A stretch of 64,000 nt of DNA from positions 31,187 to 95,186 of the forward strand of contig CAZXCI010000003.1 of the NCBI GenBank assembly GCA_964639285.1. The letters run 5' to 3'. Below, piece after piece: positions 7,742-16,906 of the stretch. This stretch comes from an uncultured Candidatus Saccharibacteria bacterium (GTDB lineage: Bacteria; Patescibacteriota; Minisyncoccia; Phycocordibacterales; XYD1-FULL-46-19). Positions within the stretch are counted from its first letter, which is position 1, and every line of letters begins with the position of its first letter. The notes beneath the pieces were generated by a model. That model did no database searches. It saw only the letters and a list, made by a program, of their open reading frames with translations, and had not been told where the DNA came from. The position numbers and the translations under genes are program-made.

Positions 7742-10195
7742 TCACGCCATTTTCTCAAGCCCGCCCCAACAAGAGCCAATAGCTGAAGAAACCTCAATTG
7801 GAACTGATACCGACACCACCTTCTCCATGGCTTTCTTAATAATCGGTAGAGCCTCTCCGACCACCCCCTCTTTAAGTTCAAAAATTAATTCATCATGTAT
7901 CTGAAGCAAGAGAAAAACTCTGTCGGACAAACCAGCCTCCCGAAGACCTTGGTCGGCCCTAATCATAGCAAGCTTAATAATATCAGCTGCCGTTCCTTGA
8001 AGTGGGGCATTCATCGCCATCCGCTCAGCCCCGGCCTTAATCTGTGGCAAAGATGAGCGAAGGGCTGGTAAATAGCGGCGGCGACCAAACAGAGTCTCGG
8101 TATAACCCCGTTCTCTAGCCTCGACAATAACTGAATCAAAATATTTTTTGATCGTTGGGAAAGAAGCAAAATAATTATCCATGAAGGCCTGAGCCTCATC
8201 TCGTGTTGTGCCCAAATTTGTCTTAAGCGCATTGACCCCCATACCATAAATAATGCCAAAATTAATAACCTTGGCCCTTCGCCTCATCTCTTTAGTCACT
8301 TCGTCCTCGCCAACACCGAAGACTCGGGCTGCTACCGAAGCGTGAATATCTTTCCCCTCTCGGAAAATCTTAACCAAGTCAGGATCCTCCGACAATACAG
8401 CCAAGACTCGTAACTCAATTTGCGAATAATCAAGAGATAAGAGCTCGTAGCCGGGGCGAGAGATAAAGGCATTCCTAACAACCGCCCCCTGCTCACCTCG
8501 AGTTGGGATATTCTGAATATTTGGGTTCGTCGAGGACATGCGCCCGGTAGTTGTCCCCGCCTGATTTAGAGTTGGGTGCAAAATATCGCCCTTATCTAAG
8601 AGATCCGGAATATTGTCAATATAAGTCGAAAGCAATTTCTGCAACTCACGATAGGCCAAGATCTCTTCGATAATTGGGTGAACGTCCTTCAGTTTCATTA
8701 GTTCTGATTCACGAGTGGATTGGCTCCCGCCGGCAGTCTTCTTCAGCCCCTTAATTGATAGATTCAATTTGGTAAATAGAATCTCGCCAAGCTGTTTGGG
8801 CGAATTAATGTTGAACTCACTACCAGCAAGGACATGAATCTTCTTTTCTAGTCCTGATAATTTGCTGTGGTAATCCTGAGAAAGTTTCTCCAACAACTTC
8901 TTGTCAACTTTAATCCCTCGCTCTCTCGCTCTATCTAATATTGATATAAGGGGTAACTCAATTTCTTGGTAAACTTTTGTTAAACCAAGCTTCTCGAGAT
9001 CAGCAATAATTTTTTCTCTAGCTTTAACCAAGTTATCGGTCCCGGCTTCGGTAGGCAAGCCGACGTAATTGAAGATATCTTCGGGCTTAGGATTGGTTAA
9101 GTCAGAATTGATGAGCCAGAGGGCAAGGGCGAGTTTTTTGATTTCTGTTTCTTCTGGCTCGGTGCGAAAAACGACTTGGCTACGCGAAGTCGCATTTCTC
9201 ACCTCGCCAGATGTGACTTCTTGCCCAGAAGGTCCGTCCTTAAGTGTGCCCAAGGTCGGACCTTGATTGGGGCCCGTTTCTTTCAATTTCTTCAATCTCC
9301 CAATTAAAGTTCGAAAATCTAGCTCGATAAATAATTCTTCAGCCAATTTAGTGTCAAAAGTTTCTACCCAAGTTTCTTTCGATAATTTGAAGTCAATCTT
9401 AGCGTCACGCCGGATCATCGCTAAAGTTTTAGAAAAAACGGCTTCTTCTTCACTCGCCTTCAAAATCTCAACAATTCTCGGTTTAATCCCCTTCTCTGAA
9501 AAAGATTCCTCGTTTTTCTTAATTTTTTTATAAAGGTCTTCAATTGTCCCAAATTCTTGAATCAGGGTCGTCGCCGTCTTCTCCCCTACACCTTCAACAC
9601 CAATAATATTATCAGATGGATCTCCACGCAAACCCTTATAATCAGTTAAGAATTTGGGCTCAAAACCATAACGCTCTTTTACCAATTTCTCATCATAAAT
9701 AACCGTATCGTTCAAACCCTTCTTCAAGGTAAAGACGACCACGCGATCATTATCAACCAACTGGAGAGTATCCATATCGCCAGAGGCAATAATTATCTGT
9801 GCCTCTTTCTCCTTCTTCAATTTCTCGACAATCGTCCCAATAATATCGTCCGCCTCAAAACCAGGTTGATCATAAATGGGGATATGGAAAGAAGTAAAAA
9901 TGTCTCGCGAGCGAATAATCTGTGAGATTAGCCCCGGCTCTGCCTTTGGTCGCTTGGCTTTATAATCATCATAGATCTGTTTGCGAAAAGTTGGTTCGGC
10001 TCGATCATAACAGGCAAAGATATAATCAGGTTTAAGATCGGTGATAATACGCATCATCATCGAAGCCAGCCCATAGAGACCCCCAGTTGGTTCCCCTTTG
10101 CTCGACGAGAAATCTGGTAAAGCGTGATAAGCTCGATGCAAGATCGCATGAGCGTCAATCAAAACTATTTTTGTCTTATAAGTTTTCTTAGCCAT
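7742..10195 (-). CDS. polA: DNA polymerase I (5'-3' exonuclease and polymerase domains; 3'-5' exonuclease region reduced)
   Basis: LIDAHAILHRAYHALP, EADDIIGT, GDPSDNI, TGRMSS, DYSQIELR, LQIHDEL. Confidence 0.97.
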   Translation of the reverse strand: MAKKTYKTKIVLIDAHAILHRAYHALPDFSSSKGEPTGGLYGLASMMMRIITDLKPDYIFACYDRAEPTFRKQIYDDYKAKRPKAEPGLISQIIRSRDIFTSFHIPIYDQPGFEADDIIGTIVEKLKKEKEAQIIIASGDMDTLQLVDNDRVVVFTLKKGLNDTVIYDEKLVKERYGFEPKFLTDYKGLRGDPSDNIIGVEGVGEKTATTLIQEFGTIEDLYKKIKKNEESFSEKGIKPRIVEILKASEEEAVFSKTLAMIRRDAKIDFKLSKETWVETFDTKLAEELFIELDFRTLIGRLKKLKETGPNQGPTLGTLKDGPSGQEVTSGEVRNATSRSQVVFRTEPEETEIKKLALALWLINSDLTNPKPEDIFNYVGLPTEAGTDNLVKAREKIIADLEKLGLTKVYQEIELPLISILDRARERGIKVDKKLLEKLSQDYHSKLSGLEKKIHVLAGSEFNINSPKQLGEILFTKLNLSIKGLKKTAGGSQSTRESELMKLKDVHPIIEEILAYRELQKLLSTYIDNIPDLLDKGDILHPTLNQAGTTTGRMSSTNPNIQNIPTRGEQGAVVRNAFISRPGYELLSLDYSQIELRVLAVLSEDPDLVKIFREGKDIHASVAARVFGVGEDEVTKEMRRRAKVINFGIIYGMGVNALKTNLGTTRDEAQAFMDNYFASFPTIKKYFDSVIVEARERGYTETLFGRRRYLPALRSSLPQIKAGAERMAMNAPLQGTAADIIKLAMIRADQGLREAGLSDRVFLLLQIHDELIFELKEGVVGEALPIIKKAMEKVVSVSVPIEVSSAIGSCWGGLEKMA

Positions 10196-10196
10196 C

Positions 10197-10676
10197 TTAG
10201 AAAGAAGAGTCTATCTCTCTTGTCTTCTCGTCGATAAATTTAAAATTAATTTTGTGCTCAGCCCTGGTAAAAAGGTCGGCAACTTTCTCTGGCCATTCTA
10301 CCACAATTAGATTGTCGGGGTTGGCAACGAGTTCAGCCCAGCCCAAATTTAATAAATCCGCCCCCGAATTCAAACGATAAGCATCGATATGGACCAAATT
10401 TTTCACTGAGAGGTGGAACTTCTCCGTCGCGGACGGTGAGATTTTATAACTTTTCATTAAAACAAAGGTTGGACTAGTTACATAATTTTTAACGCCCAAC
10501 TCACGAGCAAGAGCTTGAGTAAAAGTAGTTTTGCCCGAGCCCAAGTCCCCTTCTAATAACAAAACTACTGCTCCGTTTCTAACTAAGTGCGCTTCCGAAC
10601 TTTGAGCTCCCAAACTTAATAAAATTTTAGTCGCAAAGTTAGAAGTTTCTTCAATAGATTTAGAAAGAGTTTCCAT
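10197..10676 (-). CDS. tsaE: tRNA threonylcarbamoyladenosine biosynthesis ATPase
   Basis: GDLGSGKTT, SPTFVL, HIDAYRL, VEWPE. Confidence 0.96.
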   Translation of the reverse strand: METLSKSIEETSNFATKILLSLGAQSSEAHLVRNGAVVLLLEGDLGSGKTTFTQALARELGVKNYVTSPTFVLMKSYKISPSATEKFHLSVKNLVHIDAYRLNSGADLLNLGWAELVANPDNLIVVEWPEKVADLFTRAEHKINFKFIDEKTREIDSSF

Positions 10677-10711
10677 CTCTTTAAGATTAGCAAACGAGAA
10701 CAAAAAGAAAA

Positions 10712-10742
10712 GGCGCCGGGAAAGGAAACCTTTCCCGGCGCC
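10712..10742 (-). terminator. GC-rich terminator
   Basis: GGCGCCGGGAAAGG-aaa-CCTTTCCCGGCGCC followed by a T-rich run on the minus strand. Confidence 0.8.
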
Positions 10743-10757
10743 GAAACGCCTGCGCAG

Positions 10758-11267
10758 TTAATAACGAAATCGATTTAACTGCGCTTGATAATTCAGGTTC
10801 AACTGGTCACAGGCCAGTCGATGATCCAGACTTAGCTGGTCCAGCCGAAGTTGGTAATCCAGGCTGAGCTGAGAAAGCTGGTCCTGCTGGCCCCGAAGCT
10901 CATCTCTTTCGGCTTGGTACCAAATCTGAAGTTGGCCCTTTTGGCTCCGATATTCCATATCGAGCCGACCTTTCTCCTGACGGTACCACATTTGGAGCTC
11001 ATTCCTCATCTGGCGATTCCGGTCAGACTGAGCCCGCTGAATACTTCTTCCGATTCCCCGAAATAAAGAGCTGGCCACGTTATTATTGTGGTAATAACGT
11101 GGGGCCGAGCAATGAGAAGAAGAGTGGTGCCCAGAGCCAACCGACACCCGGAGACCTCCATGACCGATGAACACGGAGACAGGTCGATGGCTACTGTGAC
11201 CCGCAAAGGCCGGACCGGCAACCAGGACAACCAACAACACGATAACAATAACGACAAAGTGCTTCAT
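10758..11267 (-). CDS. Secreted hypothetical protein, His-rich, with C-terminal 11-residue repeats
   Basis: Signal peptide ending AFA, SD-like GGAG upstream, own terminator. Confidence 0.75.
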   Translation of the reverse strand: MKHFVVIVIVLLVVLVAGPAFAGHSSHRPVSVFIGHGGLRVSVGSGHHSSSHCSAPRYYHNNNVASSLFRGIGRSIQRAQSDRNRQMRNELQMWYRQEKGRLDMEYRSQKGQLQIWYQAERDELRGQQDQLSQLSLDYQLRLDQLSLDHRLACDQLNLNYQAQLNRFRY

Positions 11268-11499
11268 GATCTTTCTCCCAAGCTTCCGTCTTAGGCGGAG
11301 CCATTGTAGTTTTCGTTCAGAATTTTAACACTAACTCTATTTTCTATTATAGCACAATGCCTATCTCTTTGTCAAGCTAATTTGACGAAATTGCCAGAAA
11401 ATGGCCTATTTAAGGGACTTATCCACTCCTCTGGGTTGCCGAAATACTCAGTCCTGCTAGTAATGAATAAGGAAAAAAGGTAAAATAATTGAAATGAGT

Positions 11500-11593
11500 C
11501 CCGTTAGAAATTTAAACATAAAAAAAGAAGTGCTTTTGATACCTGGTAAAAACAAAGGTCCAAAATTTTATAATGAAGTAAATTTCTAATGGG
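11500..11593. mobile_element. MITE-like element (CCCGTTAGA family)
   Basis: TIR CCCGTTAGAAATTTA / TAAATTTCTAATGGG (14/15); flanking direct repeat ATGAGT at 11494-11499 and 11594-11599. Confidence 0.8.
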
Positions 11594-13309
11594 ATGAGTG
11601 ACGAACAAAGCAACATCCAAACCAGTAATCGCCAGATCGAGGAGCTCCGAGCCAAAGAGGCTGAAGAATTAGCTCAAGTGTTAGCTGACCACTACAAACT
11701 CCCCTATCTTGACCTCTCGAAGACACTTATAAACACCGACGCCCTTCGACTTATTCCCGAAAACGAGGCCAGACAAGCTGGAGTCGCCGCCTTTCGTTTA
11801 AACGGCAAGAGTCTTAGCCTGGCGTTAATTTCTCCAGAAAGAAATGAAGCTCAAGCCTTAATTGAAGAGCTAAAAAATAAAAACTTTAAATTGTCTCTCT
11901 ACTTGGCCTCCGAACCAGGGATAGAGACGGCCTGGGAAAAATATGCCGAAATTTCTAAATCTAACCGTTCTCGAGCTGGTTTAATCGAAATCTCCAGCGA
12001 AAGCATTGCTGAGTTTAGTGAAAAGTTTAAAACACTAAAAGATATTGAAGCCGAAATTACCAAAGAAAGCCTCATTGCCGAAAAAGAAGGGGGGATCTCT
12101 GGCATCCTAGAGATTATTATGGCCGGCGGTCTCGTCACCGAAGCCTCCGATATCCATATCGAACCAGAGCAAGACGACATCCGTCTTCGCTATCGACTCG
12201 ACGGCGTCCTTGAGGATATTTCCTCTTTTCCAACCAAAATCTATATCCAAGTGATTTCCAGACTTAAACTAGTCTCAGGAATGAAATTAAACATCAAAAA
12301 ATCTTCTCAAGATGGCCGCTTTAGTATTGTTCTTAAAAATACCGAGATTGAAATTCGTACCTCTGTCATCCCTTCAGCTTATGGCGAGTCTGTTGTCATG
12401 CGTATTCTTAACCCAGAATCAATCAATGTCACTTTTGAGAAACTAGGGATTGAGCCAGAACTTTTCGCCACCTTCAAGAGAGAGATTAGTAAACCAAACG
12501 GTCTCGTCTTGCTTACTGGTCCAACAGGATCAGGTAAGACAACGACACTCTACTCTTTCTTGCGAGAAGTTAATTCAACTGAGAGCAAAATTATAACGAT
12601 TGAAGACCCTATCGAATACCACCTTGAGGGAATAAACCAAACTCAAGTTAACCGTGGGCAAGGTTATACTTTCCTTTCAGGTCTGCGAAGTGCTCTGCGT
12701 CAAGATCCCGATATCATAATGGTGGGAGAAATTCGTGACCCAGAAACAGCCAAGATCGCGATTCAGTCATCCTTAACTGGCCATCTCGTTTTCTCTACGC
12801 TTCACACCAACAATGCTCAAGGTGCTATTCCTCGCCTAATTGATCTCGGCCTTAACCCTAAGATTATCACCTCGGCCTTAACCCTCTCTATCGCCCAACG
12901 CCTTCTGCGTAAACTTTGCGAATCTTGCAAAAAAGAGCGGGAAATGAAAGATTGGGAAAAAGATCTTATTGAGAAAGTTCTCGAAAGCGCCAAGAAGAAA
13001 CGTCCTGAGCTAATCCCGGCTAATTGGACCGGCGAAATTACCGGCAACAAGATTTATGAAAAAGTTGGTTGTGAGAAATGTCACGGCACCGGCTTCAAGG
13101 GCCGAGAAGGTATCTTCGAGGCTATTTATATGGATGACGCTGTTGCGGCCGCAGCTATTTCTAACCCAAACGAAAAAGAAATTAAGATTGCCGCCATACC
13201 ACAAAAAATCCTCGACATGCGCCAAGATGGAATGCTAAAAGTGGTTAAGGGTGAGACAACAATAGAAGAAATGGGGAGAGTTATTGACCTTTACGAGGAA
13301 ATTATTTAG
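11594..13309 (+). CDS. pilB: GspE/PilB-family type IV pilus assembly ATPase
   Basis: ASDIHIEP, QDGRF, TGPTGSGKTTT, IEDPIEY, LRQDPDIIMVGEIRD, GHLVFSTLHTN, paired CxxC. Confidence 0.92.
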   Translation: MSDEQSNIQTSNRQIEELRAKEAEELAQVLADHYKLPYLDLSKTLINTDALRLIPENEARQAGVAAFRLNGKSLSLALISPERNEAQALIEELKNKNFKLSLYLASEPGIETAWEKYAEISKSNRSRAGLIEISSESIAEFSEKFKTLKDIEAEITKESLIAEKEGGISGILEIIMAGGLVTEASDIHIEPEQDDIRLRYRLDGVLEDISSFPTKIYIQVISRLKLVSGMKLNIKKSSQDGRFSIVLKNTEIEIRTSVIPSAYGESVVMRILNPESINVTFEKLGIEPELFATFKREISKPNGLVLLTGPTGSGKTTTLYSFLREVNSTESKIITIEDPIEYHLEGINQTQVNRGQGYTFLSGLRSALRQDPDIIMVGEIRDPETAKIAIQSSLTGHLVFSTLHTNNAQGAIPRLIDLGLNPKIITSALTLSIAQRLLRKLCESCKKEREMKDWEKDLIEKVLESAKKKRPELIPANWTGEITGNKIYEKVGCEKCHGTGFKGREGIFEAIYMDDAVAAAAISNPNEKEIKIAAIPQKILDMRQDGMLKVVKGETTIEEMGRVIDLYEEII

Positions 13310-13326
13310 TTCTTTCCGTTCTTTGT

Positions 13327-13504
13327 CAATCAAGGGTACAAATCTCTAAACAATCTCTTTCGTAATGCAACTAAAGTTAGGAAAATTATCCAGGAGAGTT
13401 CCCGTCTGATCCACTGCGAGGGTGGGGACCGGAACATCCTATCAAAAAGACCCGTTAGGTCAATAAATTGACCTAGATTGTTTAGAGATTTGTAGGCTTG
13501 ATTG
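13327..13504. repeat. 178-bp segment closed by long inverted repeats (structured RNA or MITE)
   Basis: Perfect 20-bp IR 13337-13356 / 13475-13494 plus an 8-bp outer IR CAATCAAG/CTTGATTG. Confidence 0.75.
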
Positions 13505-13536
13505 TCTGAGTTCTATGTTAGCACAAAAGAAATTAT

Positions 13537-14535
13537 ATGTCAAGTATAGAAAATGATGTTTTTTTAGACCGCTCCCTCCGCCCCTCAACCTGGGACGAGT
13601 ATGTTGGGCAGAAATCAATCAAGGACAACTTGGTAATCCTCCTCCAAGCGGCTAAAGAGCGCTCCCATCCACCAGAACACCTCTTATTTTATGGTCCCCC
13701 AGGTCTGGGAAAAACCACTCTGGCTCACCTTATCTCACACGAAATGGGTACTCCTATTAAGGCCACCTCCGGACCAGCCATTGAGAAGGTCGGCGACCTC
13801 GCCTCTATCCTCACTAATCTCTCGCCGGGAGACATTCTCTTTATTGACGAAGTCCATCGTCTCAACAAAATGATTGAAGAGGTGCTCTACCCCGCCATGG
13901 AAGCCGGATCTCTTAATATTGTTATTGGCAAGGGACCGGGGGCTCGAGTCATCCAAATTGATCTGCCTCCCTTCACCCTCATTGCCGCAACCACCAGAGT
14001 TGCCATGATCTCTGCCCCTCTTCGCTCACGCTTCTCAGGTGGAACTTACCGCCTAGAGTTCTATACTGAAAATGAAATAAAGACAATTATTAAGCGCTCA
14101 GCCCAACTTCTAGGAATTAAGATTGATGATGAGGCCAGCACCGAAATCGCTCGTCGATCCCGCTTCACTCCCCGCTTGGCCAATCATCTCCTAAAGCGTT
14201 GTCGAGACTATGCCCAAATTTCTAAGAAACCCCTCTCAGCCAAAATAGTAAAAGAAGCACTGGCCATGCAAGGCATTGATGAATTAGGTCTCTCTGAAGC
14301 TGATCGAAAATTACTGGAAGTGATCATTAGTAAGTTTAATGGCGGCCCAGTAGGGCTTGGCACCGTCGCGACCGCCCTGTCTGAAGAAGAAGAAACCATC
14401 GAAGACGTCAATGAACCCTACCTTATCCAACTCGGCTTCCTCGAACGCACCCCTAGGGGTCGTATTGCCACCCCAAGAGCCTATGAGCATCTAGGATATG
14501 ACGCGCCAACAAACAAACAAGAGAAATTAATTTGA
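13537..14535 (+). CDS. ruvB: Holliday junction DNA helicase RuvB
   Basis: LRP, GPPGLGKTTLA, FIDEVHRL, LYPAME, FTLIAATTR, EPYL, RTPRGR. Confidence 0.98.
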   Translation: MSSIENDVFLDRSLRPSTWDEYVGQKSIKDNLVILLQAAKERSHPPEHLLFYGPPGLGKTTLAHLISHEMGTPIKATSGPAIEKVGDLASILTNLSPGDILFIDEVHRLNKMIEEVLYPAMEAGSLNIVIGKGPGARVIQIDLPPFTLIAATTRVAMISAPLRSRFSGGTYRLEFYTENEIKTIIKRSAQLLGIKIDDEASTEIARRSRFTPRLANHLLKRCRDYAQISKKPLSAKIVKEALAMQGIDELGLSEADRKLLEVIISKFNGGPVGLGTVATALSEEEETIEDVNEPYLIQLGFLERTPRGRIATPRAYEHLGYDAPTNKQEKLI

Positions 14536-14539
14536 CACA

Positions 14540-14568
14540 AAAAAACCGGCCTCAGGCCGGTTTTTTTT
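14540..14568. terminator. Bidirectional terminator
   Basis: AAAAAAACCGGCC-tca-GGCCGGTTTTTTT. Confidence 0.85.
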
Positions 14569-14572
14569 GTAA

Positions 14573-14791
14573 TTATTGTTTCTCTAAATTATGCTGCTCG
14601 TCTAAAACGTCATAAAGCTTAGCTAAACTAGAAGCGGCTTCTTCATCTGAAATTTTATCAGCTGACAACCGGGAGAAAAGATCACGGCCAATAGCCAAAG
14701 ACTCTTCTTTTTTTGCGACGTCAACAAACTCATCTTGAGCTCTCTGTAAGAAATTTTCGACCCCTGAGATCAATTGTCCTGTCGTGACCAC
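14573..14791 (-). CDS. Hypothetical acidic helical protein
   Basis: 72-aa ORF ending at the terminator; start uncertain. Confidence 0.5.
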   Translation of the reverse strand: MVTTGQLISGVENFLQRAQDEFVDVAKKEESLAIGRDLFSRLSADKISDEEAASSLAKLYDVLDEQHNLEKQ

Positions 14792-15012
14792 CTCAAAAAA
14801 CTCTTGTAAGCCACCTCCTCATCATCGAGGGGAACAAGGGCGCCTTTAACCCTTTGGGGGAGAACTTGACCAAGGTCGAATAACTTCCCCACCCCCCGTC
14901 TCTCGGCCAATCACCAACCCGCTACTGTTCCAACGGAAAATCCGCTGAGAGGTAGCGGGTTTTCTTTTTGCAATGTTCAACACTGGGTGTTGAACATTTT
15001 GACTGAAAAAAC

Positions 15013-15040
15013 TTGACTTTTTGATGAGAAAGTCTATACT
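15013..15040 (+). promoter_or_regulatory. Sigma70-like promoter with an internal inverted repeat
   Basis: TTGACT-N16-TATACT; GACTTT/AAAGTC palindrome between the boxes; no ORF downstream. Confidence 0.6.
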
Positions 15041-15110
15041 GTAAGGACATTTTGCTTCCCTTGTGGAAGTTCCGAGGAAGCCCCCTAAAGGGGGCTTCCG
15101 TTTAGTTTAG

Positions 15111-15515
15111 TTAAAAAAACTTTTTTAGTTCTTTCACCACTTGTTCGAAATCAGGTTCAGCCATTTCTCCAACCTTTCTGATAAACCTTCGACTATCAAG
15201 GGTCCTCAATTGGGATAAATTGACTGTGTTCTTGGCGCCTTCACCATTCATAAATTCTATTTTATATCTCCCCCTTTTGATCGAACTTGAAATCGGGGCA
15301 ACCAAAGAGGAGTCTTTATTAAAAACCTTGGTGACAAGAACAGGCCTTTCAAATTTTTTATTCTTACCATTTGTCTCGACTCCAACATTCTGACCAAGGC
15401 TAACCCACCAAATCTCTTTCTTATTAGGAAAAGTAAGACTTTCCGTAACATGTATCCTTATTTTTAGTTTAATCCAGTCAGCAAAGATTTTTACCAATTC
15501 TCTAGTTATTTCCAT
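15111..15515 (-). CDS. PemK/MazF-family endoribonuclease toxin
   Basis: EIWWVSLGQNVGVE.NGK...FERPVLV, APISS, LSQLRTLDSRRF. Confidence 0.88.
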   Translation of the reverse strand: MEITRELVKIFADWIKLKIRIHVTESLTFPNKKEIWWVSLGQNVGVETNGKNKKFERPVLVTKVFNKDSSLVAPISSSIKRGRYKIEFMNGEGAKNTVNLSQLRTLDSRRFIRKVGEMAEPDFEQVVKELKKFF

Positions 15516-15553
15516 GGCTTTTATTTTATCACAAAGTTTGTTATCTTAGGATT

Positions 15554-16090
15554 ATGTCAGGGCATAATAAATGGTCACAGATTAAAGTGAAGAAGGGGGC
15601 CGAAGATGCCAAGCGCAGTAAATTATTCTCAATGCTCGTCCGAGGAATAACAATGGAGGCCAAGAAGGCCGGCGGGAACCGCGAAGCTCCCGGGCTAAAA
15701 GCGGCTATTCAGCGAGCCAAAGATGCCAATATGCCACTTGATAATGTAGAGCGCGCTATTCAGAAGGGTTTTGGTAGTGAGGGTGATAACTTTGAAGAGG
15801 TTATCTATGAGGCCTATGGGCCAGCTGGGGTGGCTTTAATTATCGTTGGTGTTACTGACAACAAGAATCGAACGACACCAGAAATCAAACATCTTCTCTC
15901 TCAAAAGGGCACGACTTTAGGCGGGGCTGGTTCAACCACCTGGGCTTTTATCAGACAAAACGACGGGAACTTTGTAGCCCAAAATCAAGTCCCCCTTATT
16001 GATACAGACAAAGAGAAATTACTCGAGTTAATCGAAACACTAGAAGAACACGAGGATATTAAAACTATCTATCACACAGCAAACCTTTAG
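15554..16090 (+). CDS. yebC: YebC/PmpR-family protein (short form)
   Basis: MSGHNKWSQIK, NMP.DNVERAI, YEAYGP.GV, TDNKNRT. Confidence 0.95.
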   Translation: MSGHNKWSQIKVKKGAEDAKRSKLFSMLVRGITMEAKKAGGNREAPGLKAAIQRAKDANMPLDNVERAIQKGFGSEGDNFEEVIYEAYGPAGVALIIVGVTDNKNRTTPEIKHLLSQKGTTLGGAGSTTWAFIRQNDGNFVAQNQVPLIDTDKEKLLELIETLEEHEDIKTIYHTANL

Positions 16091-16132
16091 CCCCCCTACA
16101 TACTACATACTAAATACTATATACTGTTTATT

Positions 16133-16627
16133 ATGGTAATTTTAGGTATTGACCCGGGATATGAAAGATTAGGGTTAGCTGTTGTTGACCAAGAAAACAG
16201 TAAAACAAAACTCTTATATTCAGACTGCTTTACAACAAACAAAAAAAGTCTCTTTAATGAGCGACTTCTTTCTCTTGGTATTGAGATAGAGCGGGTTATT
16301 AAAGAATGGAAGCCAGATTTTGTTGCAACAGAAAAACTTTTTTTCACGGTCAACCAAAAAACAGCCATGAATGTGGCTGAAGCTCGAGGGGCAATAAACT
16401 ATCTTTGCGCCAAACATAAGTTACCAGTCATTGAATATACCCCCTTAGAAATTAAAACCTGTATTACCGGCTATGGTTCGGCTGACAAAAAACAGATGAC
16501 AAGCATGATTCCGCACTTGATAAAAATTGATAAAAAAATAAAGTATGATGATGAATATGACGCCATCGGTGTAGCCCTAACTCACCTTGCTCGCGCCCCC
16601 CTCTCGAGGTTATCCACAAGTAAGTAG
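16133..16627 (+). CDS. ruvC: Crossover junction endodeoxyribonuclease RuvC
   Basis: ILGIDPG, EKLFF, EARG, YTPLEIK, GYGSADKKQM, DDEYDA. Confidence 0.96.
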   Translation: MVILGIDPGYERLGLAVVDQENSKTKLLYSDCFTTNKKSLFNERLLSLGIEIERVIKEWKPDFVATEKLFFTVNQKTAMNVAEARGAINYLCAKHKLPVIEYTPLEIKTCITGYGSADKKQMTSMIPHLIKIDKKIKYDDEYDAIGVALTHLARAPLSRLSTSK

Positions 16628-16705
16628 CGTACTTTTCTTGCAGAAAAAAACCCTCCATGATAAAAAGATTAAGAAATTGTTATATTAAAAATTAATTTTT
16701 AATTT

Positions 16706-16858
16706 ATGGTTGATGACCAAGATTGGAGTGACGATCCGGGTGCCGTCCTGCCGGTAGACACCGAGCTAGATGACGGCGACGATCTTATCTCTTCAGAAGA
16801 TATGGACCTCTACTCAGGAAACGACCCAGAGGACGCTGATAACCCAGAAAATTGGTAA
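16706..16858 (+). CDS. 50-aa highly acidic protein (not in the ORF track)
   Basis: MVDDQDWSDDPGAVLPVDTELDDGDDLISSEDMDLYSGNDPEDADNPENW; terminator-like hairpin follows at ~16872-16902. Confidence 0.65.
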   Translation: MVDDQDWSDDPGAVLPVDTELDDGDDLISSEDMDLYSGNDPEDADNPENW

Positions 16859-16906
16859 GACAACAAAAAAGAAAAGCCCAAGCAAGTCTTAGTTGGGTTT
16901 TTCTTT

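Noticed and set aside
14792-14860. Frameshifted upstream extension of the 14573-14791 ORF
   Set aside because: No homology evidence; the upstream GAGGAGG could simply be a ribosome-binding site.
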